64,000 nucleotides of DNA. It comes from Eledone cirrhosa (taxonomy: Eukaryota). Positions within the stretch are counted from its first letter, which is position 1. The number at the start of each line of letters is the position of its first letter. The position numbers and the translations under genes are program-made. Location of the stretch: contig OZ024743.1 in the NCBI GenBank assembly GCA_964016885.1, forward strand, positions 150,660,001 to 150,724,000, in the 5' to 3' direction. Positions 12,201-27,214 of the stretch are shown piece by piece. The notes beneath the pieces were generated by a model. The model searched no databases. It worked only from the letters and a program-made list of their open reading frames with translations, and was not told the DNA's origin.

Positions 12201-12594
12201 ATAACAATTCATAGACAGAATAAGCAAAAGGTAGAATAAAAACATTTGTTTTGGAAATTAAGTTTCAAATGATTTTAAGTTGAAAAGAAAATATTACTTG
12301 GTACCAAAGCTGAATTGACTTTCTAATAGAAAAAGAAGTTCATGGATATTAATCAATATAAGTAGTTTTGTCCAAATTCCAATTTAAAATGTGAAGTATA
12401 ATCATTTTAATTGTTAAAATATAAATAAATAACTATAAATATTTATACAATGTGTATCTCTTAAAAGAGAAATTCTTAATACTATCAAATATTCTATTCA
12501 GATAGTTGTAAAAATATCCTTTCAAATATAATTAAAAATCTTTAAGAAAAACAATAGGATAGTGAATGAAAGAATTAGTAAATAAGATATAAAT

Positions 12595-12903
12595 CGCTAT
12601 CTTCAATTTGGTATCCTTACCTATGGTCATGAAACTTGGGTAATGACCGAAAGAATATAATCATGAATATAAACAGCCAAAATGAATTTCCTCCAAAGGA
12701 TCTTTGGAGTAATGTTACTCGATAGAGTGCGTAGCTCAGATCTCAGAGAGTCACTCCAAGTAGATCACAGCTCCGATACAATGGCCATGTGGTTAGAATG
12801 TCTCAGGAAAAATTTGCAGGACAGATTTTACGAGAAGAAGAAGAAGAAGAAGAAGAAGAAGAAGAAGAAGAAGAAGAAGAAGAAGAAGAAGAAGAAGAAG
12901 AAG

Positions 12904-12955
<52 letters not shown>

Positions 12956-12956
12956 G

Positions 12957-13034
<78 letters not shown>

Positions 13035-13040
13035 ATAATA
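12595..13040 (+). mobile_element. RTE fragment followed by a compound (GAA)n(CAA)n(CAG)n(CAA)n tract
   Basis: Encodes YGHETWVMTER...MNFLQRIFGV; trinucleotide tract at 12832-13040. Confidence 0.8.
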
Positions 13041-13319
13041 ATATGTATTTTCTAATATAATATTTATTTTTGTTAGTTCTGTAAAAAAAGGAAACAGTTT
13101 GTTACATTCACATTAATTACAAACATTCTAAATTGAAAATTATACTTTCTGTTTGATAGCTCCATGATTTTGACCTAAATATTTTCCCTAAGTTCCATAC
13201 TGACACTATCTGTTTCAATTTATTTCTATTTAAAGATAAGTATCTTTAACTTAAATTAGCTATCTGACCAATGACAGCTCGATTAGCCCTAATTGAGTAT
13301 TAACACTGAAATTAAGAGG

Positions 13320-13495
13320 GAATGATTGGCAGAAGTGATAGTGGGCCACACAAAATGTTTTTGAGTATTGAGTTATGGACCTTTTACATTCTGAGTTAAA
13401 ATCCTATCAAAGTTAATTTTAGTCTTCATCATTATGAGTTTGATAAAATAAAGTAGTGGCATCACTATATTTAACTAAGTCTTCCCCAAATTTCA
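13320..13495 (+). mobile_element. Degraded copy of the tRNA-type SINE
   Basis: Weak similarity to 1313-1521. Confidence 0.55.
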
Positions 13496-15294
13496 AGTGT
13501 AACACAGACTGTAGCTTTCCTAAATTGTCAGTGTGAAACACCTAGAAACTGAGGACATGATTTGAACCATATTCCATAAAGGTATTGAAAAATTCTAGAT
13601 GGCACAAGTTGTCAAGTATTAGTGAATATCTAATATTAAGAAAGGTATTACAAAACAGATACACTAACACACTTACATACACACACTCCCTCATACACTT
13701 CACTCACTCATACACTTCACTCACACAAACATGCAAACACACACATACAAATATACATACATATAACATATGCAAATATATATAACAGAACTATATACTT
13801 ATAACTGCTGCAACATTGTTGATCATAAGTGTACTTGTTCAGGATGACCTGGAAATAAAACTTAGCAACAACAGTTGGTTACAGCCAGGCAGCTGTGAAC
13901 ATGCTGGAAAATTACTATGAAAATGTTTACTATTTCTTTTTACAAAAACAAATTACTATTTTCAAAGTTTGAATATGTACGAAGGGCCAATTATGATAAA
14001 GTTGCTGGATTACTAAAAGAGATGAGTTAAAGCTCATTGTATTATGTGTCTTGGCAAGGTAAATACTGTGCTTACCACAGTTTACCTTGCTGACAATGTT
14101 TATGATAGAAAGATGCTTTCACATAAATACAAGTAGTCAAGACACAAACAACTGTCCAAATTGGTAATATCTATCCTATCTACATAAACATGGAAAAACA
14201 CTGATGGTAAATTATTTTGTTTTGTTCTGTATTCGTCAGGATAATCTAAGTTTTTAAACAAACCACAATAAATATTATAACTTTTTAGTAACTATGTTAT
14301 TTGATGTATGTTCACAGTAAGCTTACTTGAATTTAAGAATCTTTTCTTTTTCTTGTTCCCTAATTTCAATAGAAAGTTCTTTCATTTGCCTGCAACGTGA
14401 GAGGGATGGATGCAGATGCTAAACTTTAACATATCAGTATCACCATTGCAACTGTATGATGAATTATATACTTATATAAACTTAAAGAGAATTTTTTTTT
14501 CTTAATTTGCGTGTTGGTAGTAATGGTGATAATGGTGATGATGTTGGTGATGGTGATGATGGTGGTAGTGGTTAATATTTTCTCTGGTTTGCTTATCAGT
14601 TCTCACAAACAATCTATAATTTTTAAAAGAAAGTATAAATATGAAAGAATCAACAGTTTGTATAAACAATAATTTCTAAATATTACCACAGCAATGTCAC
14701 TTCATATTCAATGAATAAACTACATGTATATTTATGTATTATATCATTTTTATCAATATTTTCTTCTTACACACTGACAATTATTAATTGCATTCTACAT
14801 TAAGTGCTAAACAGTAATTTCATGGAACTTCTTTAATTGAATTTCTGGCAAAATATTCAACACAGCGAGTGCATTTAAAAACAAGGCCTTTCACATGAAA
14901 TAAAGTTACTTCTTCAGCAAAAATTTAAATCTAATCTATTCAGTGTCCACACGCATGCACACATACACACATGTATATCTATATCTCTCTCTATATATAT
15001 ATACATATACATGTGTGTATATACATATGTCTTTGTGTTTTGTGTGCCTGTGTGTGTGTGTGTATCTATGTGTTTGATATCTGTGTGCCTATATATATAT
15101 ATATATATATATATATAGCATTCACAAACTTAGAAGCATAGCACCCATACACACTAGTGATAGTGTTATTTGAATAAAACATGACTTTAAATATTTTCAA
15201 GTGAATTGCATTGATTAAGGTTATCTATTGCATGCTTAACTAATGAATTGTTTCTGACTACTAATGCAATTAAGAAATGTTGTATTTCTCCCCA

Positions 15295-15423
15295 CTCCTC
15301 TACAAAAATATATTTTTTGAAAATATTAAAATAATATAGTGTAAGCTCAAAATATAGCCAGTCTCCCCTACAAAAACATTATTTTTGAAAATATTAAAAT
15401 AATATAATGTAAGCTCAAAATAT
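15295..15423. repeat. ~68-bp tandem duplication
   Basis: ctacaaaaa...tttttgaaaatattaaaataatat..tgtaagctcaaaatat occurs twice. Confidence 0.85.
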
Positions 15424-15799
15424 CATTATATTACAGTTCCATCACTGGGCATAGGAAGCATCAGACAAATGTTTGAGAAAAAGATGAAATGAAGCTTTGG
15501 GTTCATATATATTAAATTTTGGAATTGTTTGTGATGAAAAAATTTCTAATAATCAACTTAAACACTTATAAGGATAATACCAATCATTCCATTAATCAAT
15601 ATTTTTCTCATGTAAATGTAATAAATAGAGTATATTAATTTGATTTTCCACTAATCAGATGCATTCATCAATTGGTGAATACCTCTGATTTCAGGAAATC
15701 GTTTTGCTGACTACAACTATGTAAAGATCTGATCTCAGAATTTGAAGTCAATGAAACATGTTTCAATTATAGTGACAATCTAGAATATCTAAAGAAGAA

Positions 15800-16005
15800 A
15801 AGGTCTCAGTGAACCAATGAAACATGGAGTGTTCACAGTAGGCATGCCAAGAACCTCAATATATTCCACCTGAACTGCCGACACAAAATGCAGCAGATCT
15901 CTTGGCAGAACAAGTTCCCAGACAATGTGGTTCTCAAACATGTGATGTTGCCTAGTATCCACATCTACATCTCCTATGTAGAGCCACATTACATATCCAC
16001 ATGGC
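15800..16005 (+). mobile_element. Old RTE-type RT C-terminal fragment
   Basis: Translates ETWSVHSRHAKNLNIFHLNC, similar to ETWVTYRHHLKQLERFHQMC in the element at 2612-3214. Confidence 0.55.
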
Positions 16006-17042
16006 ACTTATTAAGTGTTTTGTCATATATAAAATATTGTATCAATAATGGAATATGAAGTATTATAAAGTTGCTTAATTTTGATATATGTATAAACATG
16101 AAATATCAAGTCAGTTAAGTAAAAGAAATAGTCTCCTAATTTGAATCTATTATTTTAAGAATTTATTCTATTGGCTCTTTATCTTTATTAAGAATTTAAA
16201 AGTAATTCTGAAACAACGAATTTCCATATTTTTCAGACTAAAATGTTAGAGATTAATGAGACTAAGGTATCTTTGCTGAGGCTTTAAGTTTATCACCAGT
16301 CAGTTAAATTAGGGCACTTTTTTAGGAATACGTTTATGTTTTCTGTAAGAAATACACTGTGAAATTCGTTTGTTTACATTAACCATTTCTAATGTAATGT
16401 TACAACAAAGGTACTGAGAAAGAAAAATTCTAAATTAATGTTTTGTTGATATAGATCTTTAACTCCCTGGCCAGACTTGTCTTCCAGCATGGACAACCCG
16501 TCTAATACATGCAAGCATGGAAAAATGGTCGGGTGAAGATGATGATGACCTCAGTCCAACACATGCTAGCAGGAAAAACAGATGTTAAATGATGATAATG
16601 ATGATAACCTTAGGTATTATGTATAGAAACATAGCATTTTTCTTACAGCTTATCTATTATGTATTTTATGACTCAATGATTTATATTTTTATTTTATTTA
16701 TATCATGCATTTGTCAACCGTAGTATCCAAAATTATAGGTTTCTAGTACGCTAACCAGTTATTCACTGCATATTGGAAAGTATGGTGTAAAATATTGTTC
16801 TATTAGCAACAGTTGCAATTCTCCAAATTTCCAAAATTGAACAACAAATGCTATGCTACAGTTAAAGTATGTTTTCCTTTTAAGGAAACTAAGGAAAGTG
16901 TCTTTTATCTACTTAGCTACTAAAAGTTTTGGAAATATATAGGACTTTAAAATCCTGAATACCTGGGACTAAAGCAAGATCAAATGGTGAAAATAACTAA
17001 GATTGTGGTTAATTACTTGTAAAAATCCTAATAATTAAATAA

Positions 17043-17229
17043 TTGTTTCTACTTTAGGCACAAGGCCAGCAATTACCCGGTGCATTACTGGTACTTTATT
17101 TTATCGACCCTGTAAGGATGAAAGGCAAAGTCAACCACGGCGGGATTTGATCTCAGATCGTAAAGGGACGTAACTATGCTGGAAAGCATGCGTCCGACCC
17201 TCTACCGATACTGCCAATCCACCGCCCTT
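17043..17229 (-). mobile_element. tRNA-type SINE
   Basis: Reverse-complement homolog of 1313-1521, flanked by taattaaataatt repeats. Confidence 0.85.
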
Positions 17230-18547
17230 TAATTAAATAATTAAATAATATGAAATAAATCAATATAAATGAAAGAGTACTAAATAGTTTTCTGTACAGT
17301 TTCAGAAATTTCCATAAGGTTTTACTTCCTTCTACTTTCAAATATAAATTACTCATAACGAAAATCTTTGCACTCACAAAGTAGTTACCCACCTATAAGA
17401 CCACAAGATAAATGTGCTAGAAACAGTTGCCAAAATTCCATCAAATCCCATTCTTTTGTCTTAAAAAAGACATGTTGAATATATGGTTCTAGATTTTTTC
17501 ACACAGAAAAAGAGATTGGATGATAATGGGTGAAATGCATTTGATTATAGGTCTGCTCTATCACTGTTGACCTGGGGCTAAACATCGACAATAATACCCT
17601 CAAGATAACAATGCATGTTAATCATAAAGAATATAAATTAATTACGAAAGCAATGTCATGGAAAATATTACAAGAATTTGTGTTTGAAAACAATTGCCAA
17701 AATAGCTCATTCATTTATATAATCATATAATTAATTGAAAATAATTTATTCATTTAGAAAGTAAATTGTACCTGTTAAAATGTCCTGAGCATTGAGTTCT
17801 TTAAAGGTTATTCTTTTATTCTAGTTAATTAAGATAGGAATATAATAATCCAATACATTTTATTATTTCCACAAGGAAAGAATTCACCTGTCATTCTCTA
17901 AAGGTTCAAGGAGGATGAATTCAATTAGATTTCAAGAAAATAATCTTATGTTATCGCCACACCACTTTACTCGTATGCCAACCAGATGTCATGACTAAAA
18001 TGTTTAGATACTGAAAATTTTAAAAATAAGAAAAGGAAGTTCTGTTGAAACAATCCAGAAAAATAAATTATTGTTAGTAGCAGTGACAGAATCTGTCCCC
18101 TTAAGAAAATGATTTTTGAACCTTTCATACTATCACATTATTCTTGAGAATCTGATAGCCAATTTAGCTAACATAAGCTAACATATTTATATAATCCAAA
18201 CTGAAGCATATATTTATGTAAGAAATATTATCATAAGTTTTTATGGTCAATGAAATTTATGTATTTCTTTGAATTTCTCATTTACAGTAGAATTTATCAA
18301 ATAAGTGTTGTTTTTTTTGTTTTCATTTTTGCTTTCATGTTTTTCAAATAACCTTACTAATGAAAAACACTATAATATAAATTAAAAAAAAGATATTTAA
18401 ACCATACTATGTGTTGTGTAAGTATGTTTGCATGTGTGTTACATATATGTGTGTATGTGTGTGTGCATATAAACATATCATATATATATATATATTGTAT
18501 ATATACTATATATATATATATATATAGTATATATATATATATATATT

Positions 18548-18588
<41 letters not shown>

Positions 18589-18648
18589 TATATATATATA
18601 ATATATATAATATATATATTATATATATATAATATATATATTTATATA

Positions 18649-18679
<31 letters not shown>

Positions 18680-18685
18680 TTATAT

Positions 18686-18738
<53 letters not shown>

Positions 18739-19321
18739 ATATTATATATAAAATATATATGATATATATATATATATATATATATGATATTTTTGAAAAT
18801 TTGTTTTGCATAATCATAATTTGTATATGTTTTAAATGTGTATGTTTGTTTTGTATCAATATGTTGTATATGAGTATCTTATAACTCTTATATGTGATTT
18901 CAGAATGTTTTCATAATTTCGGAGTACGTATATCTTATATATACATGCATTAAAATGTGTATGCTTACATGTGAGTATTTTCTAATTATGTGCATATTTT
19001 GTCTGCCTACATGTAAATATTTGCATATGTGCATACATGTTAATGCATGTGTGTGTTTGGTATTTATAAACTTTTAATATATGCCTTGCGTGTTCTTGTG
19101 TCTATTAAGAAAATAATTAATTTTTTTGCATACATATTGTATGTTTTCTACATAAACCAATGTGTGTATGTGACATGCATCTGGGGATGTTATGAATGTA
19201 GGTGTGTGTGTGTGTGTGTGAGTGAATGTGTGGGTTGTGAATATGATCATAATTAGGATCTAAGATAAGTGATAAAGTTATTAATATAGCAATATGTGTT
19301 TGTGTATGTATGTGTACATAC

Positions 19322-19387
<66 letters not shown>

Positions 19388-19392
19388 CTGTG

Positions 19393-19424
<32 letters not shown>

Positions 19425-19486
19425 CCTGTGTGTGTATATATATATATGTGTGTATATATATATATATGCATATATGTATATATATA

Positions 19487-19594
<108 letters not shown>

Positions 19595-19627
19595 TAAATA
19601 TATATATGTATATATATATATATACAC

Positions 19628-19693
<66 letters not shown>

Positions 19694-19815
19694 GTATATA
19701 TTTATATATACATATATACATATATATATACACATATATATATATAGAGAGAGAGAGAGAAAGAGAGATACATACATATATTTGTACAAATACATATATA
19801 ATAATATATATATAT

Positions 19816-19853
<38 letters not shown>

Positions 19854-20173
19854 GCAAAATATTAAAAGAATTAGCAGCACCACACAAATTAGTGTATGTT
19901 GGATTACTACTATATATGGTCATAGTAGTAGTTGCTATTGTTGTTGTTATTTTAATATCAACATGAATTTAAAAGGTGTGTAAGCTTTCTGTTTTTGTTT
20001 TTTTTCTATACTTGCTAGGTTTGGAGGAAGGGGCCAAAATAAATTATTTTAGTAAATTTGTTAAGAAGTGTAATATTTTGTGTGTACGTATGATTGGGGG
20101 AGGATGTGTGAGTGTCTATATGTGTGCATGTGTATCTTTATATATGCTTTGCATCTGTGCATGTGTATGTGAA

Positions 20174-20255
<82 letters not shown>

Positions 20256-20261
20256 ATATAT

Positions 20262-20319
<58 letters not shown>

Positions 20320-20387
20320 TCATCACTGTTTTACGTCCATTTTTTCCATGCTAGCATGGGTTAGACGAATATGAATATATATATATC

Positions 20388-20482
<95 letters not shown>

Positions 20483-20521
20483 ATAATAATAAATTTGAAG
20501 ACTAAAATCCAAAGAGGGCTC

Positions 20522-20603
<82 letters not shown>

Positions 20604-21185
20604 GTATGAATGTGTGTGACTTTGTGCATGAATAAATGAATGCGTGCATGTGTTGTGAATGGGTGATACTACTACAAGTGATAAGAAATTCTACCTTTCT
20701 TGTGGTCTCACAAACCACTTCTATCCATCTTTCCCTTCCCATACCTCCCTCTATATATATCTCCTCCTCATCCCCCTCCTCTCTCTTCCTTTCTCCCTTT
20801 CCCATGCATATATTCTTTATATCAGTGGCCTCCACATGCAGCAAAAGCTGATTGTAAGCTTTAATGTAAAACTGAAATTTATTGATTTAAATTTCAAACT
20901 GTTTAGCAAAGGTTATTGATGCTGGTATTCCCACAGAGGAAAATTGTAACAAGGCATGAATGTAACCTTTTAACAGATAGGGAAACTAATAAAATTAAAA
21001 CACTCATCTGTTTGTGTGTATGTGTATGTGTGCACATACTAAATGTGTATGTATTAAAAAGGGGAAGAAAAATAAAAAAAAACAACCGAACAAGGGTATG
21101 ATATATTTGGCTGCATGAGAGTAAGCAGGGGATCTAAGTAAATACATACACCTGTATGCATGAAAATATGTGTATCGTTTAGTGC

Positions 21186-21249
<64 letters not shown>

Positions 21250-21479
21250 CTCTCTTTTTATTTTCTTTCTCTCTCTCCTCTCTTTCCTTCTTATGTCTAC
21301 CAATAAATCTACCTTAACATGCAAACATGCTTACACACATATAGTGAGTTTATCATGGCTTCACACTGAAGTGAATTGCAATTAAGCAAAATACTGTGAG
21401 GTAAAGTAGAATAACGCTATTCATTTAGAACTGAGTCGATGTGTGTTGCTATTTCAAATTTCTCATTCCCAGTCTTCAA

Positions 21480-24130
21480 GCAGCACTGGGCTGGAACAGG
21501 TAAAACAGTAATATATGTACACTGTAACTATTATATCTGCATATGCACCACAATCGGGACTATCAGACAAACTAAACAATGACTTTTATGAATCCCTAAT
21601 GCAGACTACTTCTCTAGTGGGTGACAAGGAACACTTATTCATAGCAGAAGAATTTAAAGGTCGTATTGAACAACACAGTGATGGCTTTGATGGGATCCAT
21701 AGGGGTTACGGGTTTGGTGCGAGAAATCAGGAAGGATCCAGGCTCCTTGAATTTTGTGGCACTCATGAACTAACAATCTATAACACTAACTTCAAAAGCA
21801 TGACAACTCCTTGATCATCAATAGATCAGGTGTGCACACCAGCCAAACTAATTTCATCCTTACCAGAAGGAAAGATAAATTGATGGTAAACACAAAATAC
21901 CTCCCTGGTGAGGAATGCAGCACCTCCCAACATAACCTAGTAGTCAGTGATTTATTAATTAGGGCTAGATAAACTTGGAGACAGAGGGCAACAGGGAGGA
22001 GACGGATATGAAAGTTGAATCCCTCAGCCTGTAACAAATTTAAGAGTATGGTACTTGATGCTTTTGACAATAAGGAAGGAGAAATAGAGACATACAATAT
22101 AGAGAAGTGAGAGTTCTTGAGAGATAATCTACTGAAGGCTGCAAACAAGGTTCGTGGTTGGAGCAGAGCTCCAGAGAGTAGGAGAGTGACTTGGTGGTGG
22201 AATAGTAGGGTGGATGAAACAATTAAGGCTAAGAGACAGGCATGGAGTGGAGAGAATGGAAAATGGAGGAAGCAGAGAACTTTACCAAATGGCAAGAACA
22301 GAGGCTAGATGAAAAGTATAGTTTGCAAGGAGGGAAGCAGAAAATAAAAAGTTTGTGCATGTTATGCAATATGTGGACCAAAGACGTGAGGTGTTTAGGA
22401 TCATGAAGCAGCATGTCAGGGAAAATTGTGATGTTGAGGAGAAGTCTGTCTGAGATTACAATGGTGCACTTTCCTTGATTAACACAGAAAAAAGACAGTA
22501 TGGAAGTGACATTATGAGAGACTGATGAATGAGGAGATGTGTGTTAGGAAGATAGCTTTCCATAAGTGGACCCAACAAAGGGACCAGCTGCACAATTCAG
22601 TAGCAGCATGGTAGGTAAGGCAATTAGGGATATGAAGATAAGCAAAGCAGTTGGGCCATAGGAAATAGTTGCTGAGATGCTGAAAGCATCTGGAATGGTA
22701 GGTCACACCATACCCTCCCATATAGTAAACCAAGTAATACAAAATGGTGCTATTGGGTGACAGTCATTGGGTAGCAGCAGCATTGTTAACTGCTACAAGG
22801 GAAAAAGATGATGCACTAAACAGAGGAACTACCAAAGCATCAAATTGATGAACCAAAACATTGAAATTTACAGAAAGAGTTATTGTACAACTAATTAGCA
22901 ATTGAATTAACCTAGATGAGATGCAGTTCAGATTTGGATCAGATAAACGTACCACATATGCCCTCTTCTTTGTAAAGCAACTGCAGGAGAAGTACCTAGC
23001 TAGAAGTACCTAGGCCATCATTCTGTAATCTGGTGGGCACTTAGGAAACTAAGGGTAGATGAATGGCTTGTGAGAGATGTCCAAGTCATGTACAGAGGTG
23101 CAGCAAAGTTAAAAATTACTGCAGTGAGGAGTTTAACATGAAAGATGGGGTCCAACAGAATTCTATCCTTAGCCCTCTCCTGTTTATTATCATCCTCCAG
23201 GCTAGAATAGAAGAGTTTAAAACAGGGTGCTTTTGCGAACTCGTATATGCTGATTATCAAATTCTCATAGCTCAATCTACGTCAGAACTAGACAAATAAA
23301 TTCCTGACCTGGAAGCATAACTTGCTATCAAAAGGTCTTAAATTCATCTTGGCAAAGACCTAGTGAGAAGAAAGGAAAACAAGGCCCTGATACCTTCAGA
23401 GAAATGGCCCTGATCAGTTTGTAGGAAAAGGGTGGGTAGAAATTCCATCTGCTGTCCCAAATACAAATTTTGGGTACACAATAGAAATATCAGAATCTCA
23501 GGCAGGCTAGCAAAGAACATAGGTTTTATATGTGGTCTATGCACATATGCAACAACCTCTATCAGTTCTTAGAGGGTTCCATGGTAACAGCTGGCAGCTT
23601 CTGTTAGCTAGGTGACCAAATTAGAAGTGGTAGTGGGTGTTCTGAAAGTGTAGTAGCCAGAGTGAGAATGGGATGGAGAAAGTTCAGGGAGCTACAACCA
23701 ATGCTAACCACAAAATATATTTTCCTCAAAATTAAGGGCTGGTTATATAATGTATGTATACAAATAGCAACAATGTATGATAGTGAGACCTGGGCACTGT
23801 GTGCTGAGGACCTATAAAGATTGGAAAGAAATGAAGCTCGCATAATTTGATGGATGTGTAATAATAATATACATGAACGTCAAAGTGTAAATGGACTGAG
23901 AAAGAAGCTGGTTATAAGAGGGATCATGTGCAGTGTGCAGGAGAGGAGATTGTGGTGGTATGGACATGTGATGCATATGAAGGATGACAGTTGTATAAGA
24001 TGGTGAGTGCCCTCAAATTTGTAAGAAGACCTTGGACGATTTGGGATGAGGTGATAAAAGCTGACCTGACAATCGTACCTCCGAGAGCTCTGGCATTATG
24101 CATTACTGCAGAAGACTTGCCTTCCCATGT
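21480..24130 (+). mobile_element. Decayed RTE LINE (AP-endonuclease plus RT)
   Basis: IISAYAPQSG...GYGFGARNQEGSRLLEFC (APE), TWWWN, GVQQNSILSPLLF...YAD (RT); many stops and frameshifts. Confidence 0.88.
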
Positions 24131-24654
24131 GTATGGGATGAAGCAAACATCTAGTGTTCTCTAGTATGCAACATTTCTCCTCCTCCTTCCACCCACATCT
24201 TAACATTCCACCCTTCACCAGCTAAGTGCCCTACCCTAGAGCTACCTCACCAATCCCCATCCAACATACATGCACCAACACCACCCATACGCCCTACTTT
24301 CCACATCTGATGCACCTTCCTTGACCAACCCATGTATACAGGCATGGAAAACTGAACTTGTTCTCCCACAAAACTTTAACATTTGTGCTAATGTCAATAG
24401 GTTTATATGCCCTGTTATTATTAGACTATTTTATTTAGTTAAATTTACTGTAATTCAGTTTTGAAACTCCACCTGCCACTTTCTACACATACGCTCTCTA
24501 TCTATATATATATTGACCATTCTAGTGAAGCCAACTTGCTAAGAAAAAATGCTTCACTCAGGAAATCTAACATGTCTATGGTAGTTAGAATATATATGGT
24601 TTCTATTTTTACTGATATTTATATATCATATTGTGAATATACATCTATTAATAT

Positions 24655-24853
24655 TTGGCAGTATTGGTAGAGTGTCAGACAACATGCTTTGCAGCATGTA
24701 GTTACATTGTGAGTTCAAATCCCACCGATGGTAGCTATGCTTTTCAGCCTTATCGGTCGATAAAATAAAGCACCAGTAATACACTGGGGTCAATTTAATT
24801 GACTTTCCCCTCCCCCAAAATTATTGGCCTTGTGTCTAAATCAGAAACCATTA
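24655..24853 (+). mobile_element. tRNA-type SINE
   Basis: Homolog of 1313-1521. Confidence 0.85.
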
Positions 24854-25759
24854 TTTTGTTTAAGCAATTTTTTCTAAACTAGCCCATGTAGACTTGTTTG
24901 AATTCAGTTATTTTCTACTAAGCCTCACAACTTGCAGGGGGGGGGGGGGTAAATGTTATTCAATGTTTTTTGTTGGGAGTAGGGTTATTGCAAATATTTA
25001 ATAAGTAGTTTAGTTTTCAGCGTCTTGACATTAATATTTGTAATCATATATTTTTATCCTAATTTATCATTCTGACACAATTATTTATACAATATTTATA
25101 AGATATAGTTGAAGTAATGTATTTCTTGATAAACGAGTCTCTGTTAATATAGATTTAATATTTTAGTATTCAAGTAGATATAACCTTGGCGACTGGGCTT
25201 TTTAAAACTTTTTTGCTTTTACTGTAGAAAATTATTTGTATAGGTTACAAGAGAACACTTGTACTATTAACTTCCTTTTCTTTTTCATTTATCTCCTTAT
25301 CTTTGGTGATGTTCCACTATTAGCTGGGAATCAATGACTTCCCCTCCTTTCCAGTTGCTTTTTCATAATAATATCTTTTATGTTTATTTTCTTTCTTTTT
25401 TTCTAAATTTTGTTTTTGTGAAATATTGCCTTGTTGATATTTAACTTCAACATATGTGTAAAGGCTATGAATTTCTAGCCTCATGAATAGACATGTTCAG
25501 GCACTTCTTAATGTAACTCTGATGAGATTGGAATTTGACTCAGTTTTACTAAATAAGAAAATTATTCATTTGGGATTATTTTCCGAAAAGTGAACTCATA
25601 ACATTGGGACAGCCATCTCCATAATTAGAATAAACAATAAAGTATATTGTTGATTTTGTTTTGTTTTTCAGATATTTCTAACTAATATTTACATAAAGTC
25701 TGTAAAATAAAGCTGACACAAGGTGCAGTGAGAGGCATGGACAAGAGAGGATGGCATGG

Positions 25760-26325
25760 ACAAGAGAGGCATGGACAGGAGGCTGAATTAAGTGCAAGAA
25801 TTGCAGGACTTGGTGCAGTAATGCACCAACTTCAGCATTCAGTAATCAGAAGAAGGGAGGTAAGTGTAAAAGCCAAGCTTGCTATCTTCAATTCAGTATT
25901 TGGGCCAACCTTTATCTATGGTCACAAATCTTGGGTAATGACTGAAAGAATACAATTGCAAATACAAGTGGCCAAAATGGGATTCCTCCAAAGGGTTTTG
26001 GAATAATGTTACTTGATAGAGTGCATAGGTCAAAGATTAAAGAGTCACTCCAGTTAGAGCCTCTACTTCTCCCATTTTTGAGATTACAGCTCCAATACTA
26101 CGAGCATGTGGTTAGAATGTCTCAGGAAAGAATCACTGGACAGATTTTATGGGCAAAACCAACTGGCGGGAGACCCAGTGGTATACCCTGACCCAGTGGT
26201 ACATCCATGAGCTTGGCTGGTCTTGCTTGGGGATCCAGCCAATCAGTTGGAAACAGTTGGTTCTGAGAGGACCAACTCGAAGGAGTGTTTGAGGACTCTC
26301 CCCCAATGACCCCCTCAGGCAGATA
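25760..26325 (+). mobile_element. RTE-family 3' fragment
   Basis: VKAKLAIFNSVF...YGHKSWVMTERI...MGFLQRV. Confidence 0.8.
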
Positions 26326-26959
26326 ATAATAATCATAATCTTATGCTGTAAAATTATAATTTTCCTAAGATAAATAACAACAATAAAAACATCAATGCAC
26401 ACACACACACACATACACACTGTATACACAGACACAAATATTGTTTGCTAACTTAGCATCCAATATTGGATGTTTAGACATGGCAAAAGTAAAGACTGTA
26501 ATATACCAGTGGTTACATTGTAATCAAAAGAATTATATCTTTGCCCGAAGAATATATCCAGTATTGGGCAAGAAGGAAACTGATTTATTTTTGTCTTTTA
26601 CAGGACGGAAAAAGGGGGCACTTTCAGCGCCTTCAGAAAATGAATTTAAAGACATCAGGACTAAATGTTTAAGCATAGAAAAAAAGTAAAACCTATGGGA
26701 TTCTGTCCAGAATGTGTAGGTACTTTTATTGATGAAGTCACTGAAGAAATGTTTACAGAGAATATATATTGCATACTGATTGAGAAGCTATGTGGGAGTC
26801 TTCTGGTTCAAATTGTGTGTGGGTGGGTAACCCTGAATATCTTTGTGGTTGGAATCATATTTTGTGTTAATTATAATATATTTTATAATAATTTCATATT
26901 CAATTCATTTTATCAAATTAATCTGTCTATTGACCTACCCTTAAGATTATCCCTACAAC

Positions 26960-27190
26960 TTAAGATTATCTGTCCAGCCCCACATGTATTGTAAAGCTTG
27001 AGTATGTTCAGTATGGTGTTTGGTGGAGTTGTTACTATTATATTAAGAGTACTCTTCATAAGATGTGTGCTGTGCTTAGTAGTTCTATTTTTTTGTATGC
27101 TGATATATTTGTGAGTCCTGGAGTTTTGGCAATGCATTTGTCTATGTGTTTTTTATCATTCTTAGAACACCTATTATTATAGGTGCTTTT
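26960..27190 (-). mobile_element. Possible R4/Dong-like LINE 3' end
   Basis: PGLTNISAYKKIELLSTAHIL*RVL resembles the QKIALLGTAHILRRVL C-terminus of RLE-type LINEs (recognised from memory, not searched). Confidence 0.45.
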
Positions 27191-27214
27191 TCTTTTTAAA
27201 TCCTCCACGCCTTC

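Noticed and set aside
12682-13055. Poly-E/poly-Q (or poly-K/N) ORF resembling a polyglutamine protein
   Set aside because: It is a trinucleotide tract fused to a LINE fragment, with no splice or domain context.
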